NCBI GenBank assembly: GCA_002269645.1
Contig: NIVC01002219.1
Location: 62,001-126,000 of the forward strand
DNA: 64,000 nt
Reading direction: 5' to 3'
DNA from: Macrostomum lignano
Lineage: Eukaryota
In this document: positions 49,501 to 63,958 of the stretch, one piece after another
How positions within the stretch are numbered: the stretch's first letter is position 1
Layout of the letters: the number at the start of each line of letters is the position of its first letter
The notes under the pieces: model-generated
Told to the model about the DNA's origin: nothing
Seen by the model: only the letters and a program-made list of their open reading frames with translations
Databases searched by the model: none
Translations under genes and position numbers: made by a program

Positions 49501-52500
49501 CGGAGAGACCAGTTGAGACCAGAATGACTATGTGAGTGACCGGAGAGACCAGTTGAGACCAGAATGACTATGTGAGTGACCGGAGAGACCAGTTGAGACC
49601 AGAGTGACTGGGGTGAGTGAGCGGAGTGACCAGTTGAGACCAGAGTGACTTGGTGAGTGAGTGGAGTGACCGATTGAGACCAGAGTGACTTGGTGAGTGA
49701 GTGGAGTGACCGATTGAGACCAAAGTGACTATGTGAGTGATCGGAGTGACCAGTTGAGACCAGAATGACGGGGAGAGTGACCGGAGTGGCAATTTACTTA
49801 CCATAGTTGAGTTGTAATATGATCAACCTACTCTCACCACTAAAATATACGAAACCGAACTCCTTCACTGCCTAGTCTCATTTATTAGGATTAGGATATT
49901 AAATCTGGTTCAAACATCTGATCTCATTCTTAGAATATACTAATCTAATTGTCTGAATATCTAATCTTATTCTTAGATTGTCTCTTTTAACACAGAATCT
50001 TATTCTTTATTCTTCATTAGATAGAAACTGCAAAATTAGACAAAATCTCTGCTCACTTATTCTGATCAATTTTCTTTCTCTTCTCAGTCTTCTCCTCCTC
50101 GGTGAGAATGTACTCCTTCTTCATGCCGACGTCGAAACATTTTCTCAGCCTGCATCGCTTGCAGAATCGCCTGTTGGAGATGTCAATCCGGCAGTTGCCT
50201 TCGTACGGACATTTTAGCGCCTCCTGTAGTTATAAAGCAATACATATGTAGGATGGAATTGTATTACTACTAACAATAACATTCATGAGTAGCATTAATA
50301 ACTTGCAAGCAGATAAATATAAATTATTACGTTAAAATCCTGAACAAGCTGATTAGCAGATAGAATGGTAGATAGAGATTAGCAGATAGAATGGTAGATA
50401 GAGATTGGCAGATAGAATGGTTGATAAAGATTAGCAGATAGAATGGTAGATAGAGATTGGCAGATAGAATGGTAGATAGAGATTAGCAGATAGAATGGTA
50501 GATAGAGATTGGCAGATAGAATGGTAGATAGAGATTAGCAGATAGAATGGTAGATAGAGATTGGCAGATAGAATGGTAGATAGAGATTGGCAGATAGAAT
50601 GGTAGATAGAGATTAGCAGATAGAATGGTAGATAGAGATTGGCAGATAGAATGGTAGATAGAGATTGGCAGATAGAATGGTAGATAGAGATTGGCAGATA
50701 GAATGGTAGATAAAGATTAGCAGATAGAATGGTAGATAGAGATTGGCAGATAGAATGGTAGATAAAGATTAGCAGATAGAATGGTAGATAGAGATTGGCA
50801 GATAGAATGGTTGATAAAGATTAGCAGATAGAATGGTAGATAGAGATTGGCAGATAGAATGGTTGATAAAGATTAGCAGATAGAATGGTAGATAGAGATT
50901 GGCAGATAGAATGGTAGATAGAGATTAGCAGATAGAATGGTAGATAGAGATTGGCAGATAGAATGGTAGATAAAGATTAGCAGATAGAATGGTAGATAGA
51001 GATTGGCAGATAGAATGGTTGATAAAGATTAGCAGATAGAATGGTTGATAAAGATTAGCAGATAGAATGGTTGATAAAGATTAGCAGATAGAATGGTATA
51101 TCTAGAGATTGGCAGATGGAATGGTATATAGAATTTGGCAGATGGAATGGTAGATAGAGATTGGTAGATAGAATGGAAGATAGAGATTGGCAGATAGTAG
51201 AAATGTAGATCTATAGGCAGACAGATCAGCAGGTAAACAACTCACCACTCCTTTAGCGGCATTCCGCCTGAAGAAGGCTTTGCAGGACTCGCAGCTGACT
51301 GCGTCAAAATTGAAGCCCAGAGCTTTGTCGCCGCACACGCCGCAGAACTTGTCCTCGCGCTGCTTGGCGCGCCTGGCGCCGCCTGAGACAGACGCGGCGC
51401 TAGAGGCGCTAGCGGAGGCGCCGGCGCCACCCCCGGTGGCGTCGCTTGAGACGGCGGATGCGACAGACGGAGGCGGAGGAGAGTAGCAACTGGAAGCTGC
51501 TTGATGAGGCATGGGCTGGCCTGGGAGATCCACAGGCATGTACAGCGGCGGCTGATTTCCGAACGACATGGCCTGATAAATCATTTAAAGTCGTGTACAG
51601 TGAATTATCACACACAGAATGACCGGAAGTACAGTGAATTATCACACACTGAATGACCGGAAGTACAGTGAATTATCAGCACACAGAATGACCGGAAGTA
51701 CAGTGAATTATCAGCACACTGAATGACCGGAAGTACAGTGAATTATCAGCACACTGAATGACCGGAAGTACAGTGAATTATCACACACTGAATGACCGGA
51801 AGTACAGTGAATTATCAGCACACTGAATGACCGGAAGTACAGTGAATTATCACACACTGAATGACCGGAAGTACAGTGAATTATCACACACTGAATGACC
51901 GGAAGTACAGTGAATTATCACACACTGAATGACCGGAAGTACAGTGAATTATCAGCACACTGAATGACCGGAAGTACAGTGAATTATCACACACTGAATG
52001 ACCGGAAGTACAGTGAATTATCAGCACACAGAATGACCGGAAGTACAGTGAATTATCAGCACACAGAATGACCGGAAGTACAGTGAATTATCACACACTG
52101 AATGACCGGAAGTACAGTGAATTATCACACACTGAATGACCGGAAGTACAGTGAATTATCAGCACACAGAATGACCGGAAGTACAGTGAATTATCACACA
52201 CAGAATGACCGGAAGTACAGTGAATTATCACACACTGAATGACCGGAAGTATTCACCTGAAAAGCCTCAACATCGGAAGTTGGCAAGGCAAACGAAGCAC
52301 CAGATGATTGGTCCTGTGCCACCGGATGCTGCTGATGCATCGGCTGCTGGGGCATCATGCTACTAGAGGGGCCGCCATAATTCTGGCTGGGCATGGGGCT
52401 GTAGGAGCTGGCAGACAGGGGACTCAGGGTGACGCCACACAGGCTAAATGATGCGTCGCTAGCCGAGTCATCCAGAGGAACAAATTGTTCCACTTTTGGT

Positions 52501-52662
52501 GCCTGCTGCCTCTGCTGTTGCTGCTGATTGTAGAGATCCATGTCTTCTAGGGGAACTATCTTTTTTTCTATGTTGTTTGATTGTTGCAAGTCCAAACCCG
52601 TGGCATTGGCTGATGGTTGAAAATCAGGCACTGATTGCGGGTGACCGCTTTTGCTGTCCGGT
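46505..52662 (-). CDS. HR96: Nuclear receptor of the HR96/NR1J (DAF-12/VDR-related) group; true start may lie upstream
   Basis: Exons (minus) 52662-52257, 51572-51246, 50223-50057, 49176-48603, 46765-46505, with consistent phases 0/0/2/0. DBD CGVCGDKALGFNFDAVSCESCKAFFRRNA|..CPYEGNCRIDISNRRFCKRCRLRKCFDVGM has the ESCKA P-box. LBD FRQLSQPDKVCLLKGG; AF-2 PLMSEFLDL. 537 aa from ATG 52541. Confidence 0.9.
46800..47330. repeat. Intronic ~37-38-bp minisatellite (GTGAGATCAAAGAGATTCAGGGGGTATTGATGTGTC)
   Basis: Read directly. Confidence 0.95.
47740..48530. repeat. Intronic degenerate ~26-bp repeat (ATTTCTTAGAATGGCGCCAAATAGAC)
   Basis: Read directly. Confidence 0.9.
49190..49790. repeat. Intronic ~36-40-bp minisatellite (GGAGTGACCAGTTGAGACCAGAGTGACT...)
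   Basis: Read directly. Confidence 0.95.
50350..51200. repeat. Intronic 26-bp minisatellite (CAGATAGAATGGTAGATAGAGATTGG)
   Basis: Read directly. Confidence 0.97.
51592..52256. repeat. Intronic 34/35-bp minisatellite (TGAATTATCACACACTGAATGACCGGAAGTACAG) occupying almost the whole intron
   Basis: Read directly; it abuts the minus-strand donor at 52256. Confidence 0.97.
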
Positions 52663-52699
52663 CTGAAAGCAAGTCAGGATTTTTCATGGGACAGTCACA

Positions 52700-53590
52700 G
52701 TATCCAACGCCTCACTGACCCACCGCGACCGCCTCACCGACCCACCGTGACCGCTTCACTGACCCACCGTGACCGCCTCACTGATCCACAGTGATCACTT
52801 CACTGACCCACCGCGACCGCCTCACCGACCCACCGTGACCGCTTCACTGACCCACCGTGACCGCCTCACTGATCCACAGTGATCACTTCACTGACCCCCC
52901 GTGACCGCCTCACTGACCCACCGCGACCGCCTCACCGACCCACCGTGACCGCTTCACTGACCCACCGTGAACGCCTCACTAACCCACCGTAACCGCCTCA
53001 CTGACCCACCGTAACCGCCTCACTGACCCACCGTGACCGCCTCACTGACCCACCGTGACCGCCTCACTGACCCACAGTGACCGCCTCACTGACCCACGCC
53101 AAATTCCTGCTCTGACACACACTAAACTACTCATCTGACACACATTAAACTACTCATCTGACACACACTAAACTACTCATCTGACACACACTAAACTACC
53201 CATCTGACACACACTAAACTACCCATCTGACACACACTAAACTACCCATCTGACACACACTAAACTACCCATCTGACACACACTAAACTACCCATCTGAC
53301 ACACACTAAACTACCCATCTGACACACACTAAACTACCCATCTGACACACATTAAACTACCCATCTGACACACACTAAACTACCCATCTGACACACACTA
53401 AACTACCCATCTGACACACACTAAACTACCCATCTGACTCACACTAAACTACCCATCTGACACACACTAAACTACCCATCTGACACACACTAAACTACCC
53501 ATCTGACACACACTAAACTACCCATCTGACACACACTAAACTACCCATCTGACACACACTAAACTACCCATCTGACACACACTAAACTAC
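52700..53590. repeat. Two adjacent minisatellites: 22-bp CTCACTGACCCACCGTGACCGC (52700-53098) and 23-bp ACCCATCTGACACACACTAAACT (53115-53590)
   Basis: Read directly. Confidence 0.96.
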
Positions 53591-55019
53591 TGCACTAATA
53601 CACACTAAACTCTTACTCTGATCCAGTATGCGCGACTTACGATTACCCACAACATTCGTGAAACTTATTAAAAATAAAGTGCATAACTATATCGCTTTTT
53701 ATCCAATTACTATCACAATAACAACGCGTAAAAATTAGGCAAAAAATAATCTATCTCGAGATATTGACATAACTTTAAACTTTCCTAGAAATAAACTGAA
53801 ATCATTTTGCGCCCAGGAAAGTCTAGGAAAGCCAAAGTAAAAATACTGCAATGACAGCCTGTCAGTGACTCATTTGAAATTTCCAACTTTGAGTAGCTTA
53901 GTCCGACAAGCTAAGGCCAGAAGCACACAATACATAAGACAAGGCAATAAGTTGAGTCGATTTCTTGAAGCAGTCTGTTGACACTAGAGACACTATTAGT
54001 ATTGATGTCCATTGTGCGTGTGACTTAATACACTAATATTAATATATATCTAGTTGGCTAAAATATCGATCCCTACAGAGACCACAAAAAAATTGTTTAA
54101 AATATGTAATTGGTATTCTTGAGAATACTTGTGATTGCAGAAAAATATTGTGGGGAGAGGGGTTAGTCGGTGCAATGCTATTGTAGCTCTTATCTAGTCA
54201 TTTTCTTGATTAAAAATATTGAATATTTCTGTTCTAGCTAGCAGAAATATAATCAATACTTACACAAACAGACGATGCTATGCTCACTGTGCGATTAATT
54301 CATAATTTTTTTGCAACTCAGTAAAACCAGTTAGCTAGAAAAGGGTGTAGTTGGTGGCGCAATTGAAATTAAAAAATCATACTATCCAGAACTTACGCGT
54401 TAAGTATCTATCTAGCGGGAAATTCCTGTCCCTCGGCCTCAACCAATAGAATTCCCTGTTCAAATATGGGAGGGCTGGCATCTGTAGCAAATGTTCGCCA
54501 GTTCATGGACCTCTTAAACATAGAATCTAGACAGGATGGAATTTATTTTAAAGCTTTATTTCAACACATAACGTTTGTGACACAGTCAGTTATTGACAGT
54601 TTTTGCAAACAGAAATAAATGACTGAGCTCATTACCAAATGCATCAGTGAGACAGTAGTCCTCATGGTAGGAGAGGTTTGGGATGAGGGTTGTGAAGCCA
54701 TTGACAATATAAATTATTAATCCATATACTAAAAATGAATTTCTTGTTTGTACCCAATCGATTATCTCCCAAAATGCAGGGCCCCCAACAATAGGGGGTT
54801 AGTAAACCGGACTGACTGGGTTGATGACTATGACAATGGTGGGAGAGCTACACTAGACAGGTAGCTGGGCAGGTGGGCTGGGTGCAATGGCATGACTTTA
54901 TAACAGTATAAGTTGGTTTAGCTCAGGGATGGGCAAACTCCGGCTGGAAAAGCCTCTCTATTTGGCTATCGGGTCTTTTGAAACTTCACAATAGCAATCC
55001 GGCCCGCTCAAGGTTTTTG

Positions 55020-57640
55020 TCTCCTCTCAGCACCCTTCTCTCTGAACTCCTCTCGTTTTGTCTCCTCTCTATCCCCTCGCCTCTCCTTTCTCCCAACTCT
55101 CCTCTCTATCCCCTCGCCTCTCCTTTCTCCCAACTCTCCTCTCTATTCCCTCGCCTCTCTTTTCTCCCATCTCCCTTCTCTATTCCCTTGCCTCTATCCC
55201 CGGCTCTGGACCGCAGTCATGCGCTAGGTTACGTTGTCCTAACCCCTGGCTTAACTAGTTGTTTAGCCGGAGACAGTAAAACGCATAAAATGACTAGGGG
55301 GGGTTCAGTTTCAATATAAGGGGAAACGTGGCTATTTTAATGTACTCTCTGACGATTTGTTCTCAAAAAACGAATTTTACTGCTTAAAACCTTAGATTTA
55401 TCCAAATCAATTTATTTCCTAATTCTTCCCTATCTCAATCAAGCTCATTCTTAATCTCATTCCCCATCCCAATCAATTTCATTTCCCATCCCAATCAATC
55501 CCATTCCCCATCTCAATCAATCTTATTTCCCGTCCCAATCAATCTCATTCACAATCTCAATCAATTTCATTCCTCATCTCATTTCCCATCCCAATAAATC
55601 TCATCCCCCATCCCAATCAATCTCATTTCCCCATCTCAATCAATCTCATTCCCCATCTCAATAAATCTCATTCCCTATCTCAATCAATGTCATCCCCCAT
55701 CTCAATCAATCTCATTCCCCATCTCAATCAATCTCATTCCCCATCTCAGTCAATCTCATTCCCCATCTCAATCAATGTCATCCCCGATCTCAATCAATTT
55801 AATTTTCCATCTCAATCAGTTTCATTCCCCACTGCAATCAATCTTATTCCCCATATTAATCAATCTCATTCCCCATCTGTGAACCCCTATACAATTAAGT
55901 GGACATAGGATAGATCAGTTTACACTGGGATGGAATATAAGTAAAATGGCCCATTTCGCATCAAAATTTGTGGGAATTCTCCTTCCGTTTCCACTCTTAT
56001 CTCTTCATATAGATAGGACTCTATGAATATATAGACTAAGACTAGTATAATAACAGCATACGACACAAAATTTATTGTACCCTCTTTAGAGTGCCAGCGT
56101 ACTTAAACTCCCTATTTCTACGTCATGCAAGTTCTATATATTATCTAGGGATCCGAGGGGAAGAGGACCAAGGTTTAGATGCGCTGATAAAAATAGAAAA
56201 AAAGGACGCTTGAAACTCTTCAAGCCCGGCCAGAGTTTTAGAATTCGCGTATGGGTAAGAAAACAACAAATTGCTCTTTATACTAAAAGAAACTGAAAGA
56301 AGTAAAAAAGACTAAATTTCACTTTACTACTACATCTGGTTTGTTGTTATTAGACTAGACTCGACTAGACTCTAATGGCTGCGGGAACAGAAGATAAAAG
56401 AGAACTAGACACTAAGTATATACTTTAGTATGAATATACAGGACTAGTCTAGACACATGCAGATAAATACACAGCCCTCAACTGCCACTCCTACCAACCC
56501 ACCCACCCCCTCTTGTGGTTCCCACATAGTTGAAGCAATGGCGCCCGAGCTTCTAAGCTTTGGCCACAGCAGCAGACGACCTCAAATGTCGCTCACTCAC
56601 GCAGCAGTCAATTAGTATTGCAGCAAGTAGCAAGCAACCATTCTTATTGGCTAGACAAGTAATAAGCATCTCAATGACTCTCAATCTCACTCAATACCTC
56701 AATCAGCTTTTCTTTACTACTAATAGGGATCTCTTTCTTACCAGATCCTCAATATTCTTTTAGATCCTTAATCGCATATTTTAAGCTCCCAAAACTCCCA
56801 AATCCCTTATCCAAATATCCTTGAAGATCTTGAATCTTCATTACAGTTACTAACCTCACTCTTGGATCCTTAATTGCATTCTTAGTTTGTTGTTCCCACT
56901 TTTAGATCAATAATTGCACTCTTAGGTCCTTTATCTTACTCTCAACTTCACAGGGGAGTGAGGAGAGAGAAGATAGAGAGAAGAGGGTAGGGAGGTGCGA
57001 GGAGAGGAGAGAGAAGAGGGGAAGGGGGGAGAGAAGAGAAGAGAGAAGAGGGGGGCGTAAGGAGAGAGAGGAGAAAGAAGGAAAGAGAGGAGAGGAGAGA
57101 GGGAGAAGAGGGAAGAGCGAAGCGAGAGGAGAGAGCAGAAGAGGGGAGAGAAAAGCGAGTGGAGCGGGGAGAAAGATAAGAGGGGAGAAAGAAGCGAGAG
57201 GAGAGGAGAGAGGAGGGGAGACAGGAGAGGGAAAGAGGAAAGAAGAGGGGAGGGAGAGAGATAAGAGGCGAGAGGGAACATACATGCGCAAACCCCCTAG
57301 TTTACAAATGCCGTGCGACTTTTTTGATAAAAATGCGACTTACCTGTGGAAAAAACCTAAGCAAAAATTAACGTAATTTTTAGGTAAACGGCAGGAGTAA
57401 CTATGACTATTATTAGAGCTAAATGCCCCATCATCTAATTAGTGTACGTTTGTATTTTTCAGATGGGCATTTTTGCGATGTATGAGAAATGAGAGATGAC
57501 AGAGCAGAGATGAGAGTAGAGAGAAGAGAGGAAGGATGAGAGAGCAGACGAGAGAGAAGAGAGTAGACAGAAGAGAGGAGAGAAGAGGAAGAGAGAAGAA
57601 GAAGGAAAGAGATGATAGATGAGAGATAAGGGAGGAGAGA
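55020..57640. repeat. Low-complexity patches: CT-rich 55020-55200, degenerate CCCATCTCAATCAATCTCATTCC 55420-55880, GA-rich 56950-57280 and 57480-57640
   Basis: Read directly. Confidence 0.85.
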
Positions 57641-60622
57641 AGAGGCCAGATTTTGCCAATGCATGCTTTAGAGATGTTGCCTGTGATTCTATGCGACCCT
57701 AACGAACAAGATCAATGCTTGCCTTAGAGGTTGGATGATATCACATTTTCGAGATTAAGCCTAATTTGCATCTAGTAGGCCTATTTACACTATTCTATCC
57801 ATCCATGTTGATATTGTTACTTGTTAAAAATATACACAATCATGATAATAGAAAGAAAAGCAATGATTATTTAATATTGAACCTGTTAATAACTTGATAT
57901 ATATCAAATATAAGTATGATATTGAATAACATAAACAAGCTTTTATTTTTTTGCAATATTATTTTCAAGTTTGAATTGGTGCAACAACATATTGCCTCTG
58001 AACACTAGATACAGCAGTTTATAGATAAGTAAATGGAGCAATAGCTAAAGTGGTAGATAGAGCAATAGATAGGGCTAGAGAGCTAGAGACTGGAGCATTT
58101 TCTGATACTATTTTCTATGCCTTTTGGTTATAGACATCATTTTCTACCATGGCACTATATTGCAGCACCAATTCAAACTTGAAAATAATATTAGGAAACA
58201 AACTGGAAGATCACCATAACTAGATATGCTTGTATTATTATAGTCACAAATATTTATGTAGGCCTTTACAAATCTTAACTTTTTGAGATTTTGAAACTAA
58301 GTTTGAGATTGAAAAAAGTGGCAAGATCTTGATGATTATGATTGAGATCTTGTCTGACCCCTAGCTTGCCTTGAATTTTAATTTGATTTCATTATAACTA
58401 TTAACAAGTTTGACTTCAGATTTAAAAATGTATGTGAAAAATAGTTCAAGGGATTAAAATATAGCAGGTTTAAAATCTGGCATTCTTTTGTCTTATAATA
58501 CCCTTAACCCAATTGATTATTTGTGTCAATTTTGTTACACAATACCCAATAGAGAATAGTAAGAATTGAAACAGATGTAGCCAATTGCAAAAGCCTACTT
58601 GTAGCTTACTAGAGCACAATCCTTATATTCACTTTATATTTACAATACCCTAAATAGACAATTTGTTAATAATATATTTTAAAATGAAAGTGAAAGGGGT
58701 TTCAACTTGGGATTTCATATGCTAATGAATAGGCCCTAGTTCATTTACTATTTATTTTTGCAGGTCTCTTATGACAATGTATTAGATCTAGTCTGAGGCT
58801 AAGATCTTTGCTGCTTTCTTTTAGGACCTGTAACTATTCATTCTAATGACCATTTCTTTAATATTGATTGGGACTAGGGGTCCCTGGGATCCCAAGATCC
58901 CAGGATCCTGGCGCTTTGTTAGTGTTCAGGATCCCAGGATTAGGGGTCCAGGATCCCAGTAAACATGGGATTGGAATTCACACTACAGAAGTAAATATTT
59001 TTTTGTTTTGGAGTTAGCAATTAACAGTTTTGAGAGAATTATTGCATCCTAAGAATGAAGTTATTGAAGTTATAGAATGAAGGACAGTAAGAGTATCAAT
59101 TAACTGTATCAAGCACTATGTACTAGCTAGTCACTAGACTAAGGGTCTAGTCTAGACTAGTCTAACTGTCTAAGTGGCGATGGCCTAGACACTGGGCCTA
59201 CTGGCCCAGGCCCCACCGCAGGATGCAGGTGCTGACTGCCATAGTGCCAATGCCATGTAATATAAGCAACAATACTGACAATTTGCAATTCATTCATGGC
59301 TATTTGTGCTGTTGCAACAACCCCAATTTGTGTATGCTCACAATTTTTACAATTGAGCTGTCACCTCTCACTATCACTTGCCAGAGTTGCTAGTTTTTTA
59401 TGTCACAGAAACAGTGCAGTTGCAAATTTCTATTTACTGCTGCTGGTACTTGTTCTATAGACAATGGAAAACTTCCCATAAATTTTTCGTTTAATCCTAG
59501 GATTGTAACAAAAAAAATCCCGGGATCCAAGGGGATTTAGGACCCCTAATTAGGATTATGCCTAGATAGGAAACTGAAAGTTTGGCTCAACTTTTTGGAC
59601 TTAACATTTCTGTCCTCACTTTTGTAATACAATACCCTCAATGTCTATCTCTAATTATAGGCATTGTAAAACAAAAGTAAATTCTATAAACCTTAGTCTT
59701 CACTACCATGATATAACCTCTGGTTTTTTTAATTTTAAGACTTCTGTTTCTTTACATTCCTTACTATTTTCCATTGGGTGTCATATAACAAATTTGATGC
59801 AAAATGTAGGTTGTAAGATAAAAAAATGCCCAAAATCTATGGGTTTCAATAGCTTGTTTCCTGGAATTAAATTGGTATAATTAGGCATAAGATTAATAAA
59901 ATTTGTCAAAATGGCATAAACTAGTGCAAAGAATTAGTAAATTAATGAACCCTATTGGAATAAGTTGCAAAATGGTGGATGGCCCTCTGGCACATTTTTA
60001 CAAAATGACCCTGCGGCACGGCGCATTTTCAGTAAGGCAATACTTAATGCAATTTGGTGCAACACGGCTTGGCACAGTGCAGCGCAGCTCAGTATGGTGC
60101 AATGTGGCTTGGCATGGTGCAGCGCAGCATGGTACAGCATGACATAGTAACAAAGTTGTGACTTGTGTTTTTTTGAAAAAAAAATGGTAAACAGTAAACA
60201 ATGATCACTTGTGTTGCAACTTTTAAAGTGACCCCTTGATCATACATGCGCTACCTCCAAAATTTGGTTGGCTGTGTGACTTAGTTTTAACAAAAATGCG
60301 ACTTGCATGTAAAAAAACTGTAAAGCAAAATTAATGCAACTTTGGGTAAATGGCAGAAGTAACTATGACTCTCTTATTAAGCCAAAATGCCTCGTCAGCT
60401 ACTTAGTACTACTACTTGGGTGTTTTTTGGGTGGGCATTTTTGTGACTTTCTTGGTTGGTCGCCAAATCAGTCAGCCAGATCGGCCAACTTGGCCGACTG
60501 TTGCGCATGTATGCCCTTGATGCAGCCCATGTACTTTAGACAGTGACCCCTTGATACAACCTTTTTACCTCAGAGAGTGACCCAAGGAGATGTACATTTG
60601 TAGTTATTATAGGGCCTAGGCC

Positions 60623-63600
60623 TAGAAGCATAATGAGGAGGGTATCAGTGTATTGGCCAATACCCCCAAATTTCCAAAGCAATTTTTTATTTCGTTTTTT
60701 TCAGTTGCAAGTTATCATTTAAAAAGAGAAAGCTATCTGAATTGATAGAATAACAATTAACAAACAAATATAGTGATGATATGTAATAATATCACTAATA
60801 TGCACTAGAAATATATAAAGTGGATCTCAAGTCTTTGATTTTTTTGTATTCATATAACTTGGTCTTTGGATAACTATCAACTCACTCACCCAACTGACCA
60901 ACTATTTAGGGGTGAAGGGGGTAAGTGGATAACTGAAATGTGGTACTAGGGCATGGGTAGTCAGCTAGTGGAATTAGTGATGGACAATGGAGGTGGGTGC
61001 CTAGCCAGTTTTTGCTGCAAAATTCATTAGCTTCTGATTTGTTTGAAAGAAGTCTGTCATTGAAGAAGAATTAACTAGAAAATAAAATTCAGGGGGTTAG
61101 TACATTACATACAGAGAACTAGTAGGAAGGAATGAGCTAAATGAGCAATCTACGAGTTATACATTAAGGAAGACTAAGAATATCTGTCTGCTGTCCTCAC
61201 CACCCTAGGAAGGGAAATGAATAAGGAAATAATTAACTATAACCTCTTCCAAGTCATTTATAATTAATTCTAAGGCAGATTTTTTATTTCTAGATTGCTA
61301 CTAAAATCTGCAAAGAGTTCATGTGAAATTCAAAATGAGCAAACAAAAATCTCATGGTCATGATATCTGCTCATTATTTGAGAACTTAAAGCAGTCCTGC
61401 CCAAACCCTGATCTTGCGCAACTGTCTAAACCTAGTTCCAGCACTACATAGCCAGTCATCTATTGTGTCTTGTGACATTGCTACTGACAGTTTGCCAGAC
61501 TTGGCTACTCCAAATTTAGTTCCAACAGCTCCCAAGCAACAATTGTCTACAATTACTTCTTCAAGTCAGTTTGACAAGTCTGAACTCTAATATCAAGCAG
61601 ATGAAACAGCTGCTAAGATCAATGTCAATGACATTGGCTATGTTGTTGAGCTTTGTCGCAATGGAAAGCTGGATACAACTACTTGATTATAATTGCTTAA
61701 GGACTATTGGGTGCCCCCGTCTAAGGTACTCATTCCCATTCTTGCTTAAATCTAATAAGGGCAATGTCCACAAGCACTACTTGTCTTACCAATATCTAAC
61801 TGGTTATAACACATGCTTTGAGTATTCTGCTAAGCTCAGCAGTGCATTTTGCAAGTGATTTTGAAGTTAATGAGGTTATTGACATATATTGCTAAATCCT
61901 ACTCTTGCTATCTAGATCTGGTCTTGACATATGGACTTAATACTTACTCTTTCCATTTCAACCATTTCTTTCTCCTTTAGGTATTGCATTCTTTTTCTTT
62001 TGACCAACTTTGCCATCCATGGACAAAAAGTTGATGAATTTGTGAGAACTCCATGCACTAAGTTCAATGTGATCACAACAAAGCTAAAGAAGCATTTGCA
62101 ATGTGACTATCACAGAAGTGACTGTGATCAAAGTTGATGCCCTGTTATCTGGAATGAATGTTGGTCACATGCTGGATATCAGTTGCACAAAGCTAGTGAA
62201 AGAAAATAGGGAAAGACTAAAACATGTAATTGAACCAACCAATTGAATTTCTTGCTTATTGTAGTCTGTTTTTCAAGGACATTGTGACTATGGACTTATA
62301 AAAGTTCATTTAGATGGAACTATTGACTATGACAAAGGGAACTTTGTTGCATTTCTAGAGCTTCTTGCAAAACATGATCCTGTTCTATGTAAACACCTTT
62401 GTACTGGACCATCAAATGCCAAATACACTTCCAGTGAATCACAGAATGAAATAATTCAGGCTCTGTCTAATGTTATTACCCAAAATTTAGCAAAAAATCA
62501 ACAAAGCAGGCTACTTTGTGCTGCTTACAGATGGGACTATAGATTCTTTATACAAAGAACAAATATCCATCTATGTTAGGTATCTCAACATCAATGGTCA
62601 AAGTGTAGTTATTCACAAACAGTTCATATGCTTTGTTCATATTGAAGATCTGACTGGTATTGGGCTTGCAACAAAGCTTCTTGAGACACTTGATTCTCTC
62701 CATATTATAGCATAATTTGTTACTCAAGGCTATGATCATTAGACCTTTAACCATGCCTGGCAAGTTCAATGATATTCAGGCAGTGATTTGCAAGTACTGG
62801 GAAAAAACTAGCAATCTATATGCACTGTGCTGCACATGATCTAAACATATCTCTCCAGGATGCTTATAAGCTAGATTTAGTTTAAGCTACCATTACTGCT
62901 ATTAATATAGACTATAGTCACAGTTTTCATTTGCTGATTGCCACAAAAATAGCTCTGCTTGAAAGAAATCTAAGAGTTGGTTCCAGAGTTATCTATGCAT
63001 CAACTTTTATAGAACTGCAAGACCAGATGGGTTGAAAAGTAAGAGGCTTTCATCCAATTCAACCTACTCTTACCAACAAACATTGAAGCTCTATAGGAGA
63101 TCAGCACATGGGTAGGAAAGGCAGGCAACAATGCTCAAAACAACCTTAAACTTTTACTAGGCCCTACTAGACAACAAATATTTTAATTATTTCAGGCCAC
63201 ATTATCAATGCTATTCTTAATATCACAAAGCCATTATCAAAAAAATTTTAATATGTAGATCTCAATCTTGTTGATTGTGTCAATAAAATTAAGGCTGTCA
63301 TTGCTATCATTGATGTTCTTCAAGATCTCTTCTCTGATAATAGCCAAGTCTATTTCAATAAGATATTCAATTCTGCTAAGAAAGCATTCGGTGAGCCACT
63401 ATAAAAGCCTCAAACCAATGCCAGGTCAGGTGTCAACGGAAGCATTGTACTAACCCTGGTGTCTCCATGGGACATGATTATCTGTAAGTAACTAAATTAA
63501 AATTTTAGTTGTCAAGTCTTAATATAATAAGCCTAGAATTAGCATGAGTAATATATATTTAGCAACATTAAAGTCACCACCTTTGAGAGTGAGGAGTAAA

Positions 63601-63958
63601 TTCTAGCTCAGTATTGCCTTTTGAGTGATGCAACTTGCAATATGAGAGTTGCAGAGTTGGGCTAGCTGAGGAGAGATTGGGAAGAGCAAAAAGCAAAGAT
63701 TAGATACATTGAAAACCCAGTTTTCATAGTTTTTTTTTCAAGCATTTTTAATATCAAGATGGTTGACACAAGGTAATGGGTGCTGGTCGAAAGACACTGC
63801 TCACTGGGGCAAAGGATGGCTGGATGGCAAATTCATTTAATATTACTGATTACTGAGTACTATATAGGCCTAACTAATCAAATTAGCCTAGTAGAGTAGA
63901 TTCATTAATCATTAATTCATTAATCATCACCCCCAAAAAATTCCTGGCTACGCCCCTG
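60623..63958 (+). mobile_element. Decayed hAT DNA transposon (ZMYM1/P52rIPK-like transposase remnants)
   Basis: 8-bp direct repeat CCTAGGCC at 60615-60622 and 63959-63966. The right end is the reverse complement of CAGGGGCGTAGCCAGGA. Broken frames read KGNFVAFLELLAKHD, YTSSESQNEII, LLTDGTID..KEQISIYVRY, QGYD, HCAAHDLN, TRWVE. Confidence 0.85.

Noticed and set aside
51592-52256. CRISPR-like appearance of the 21-35-bp repeat arrays
   Set aside because: Units are head-to-tail with no unique spacers, there are no cas genes, and the context is eukaryotic introns.
54440-54720. Possible CR1/L2 reverse-transcriptase 3' fragment on the minus strand
   Set aside because: Only a weak LSY-like resemblance amid many stops; not supportable by eye.
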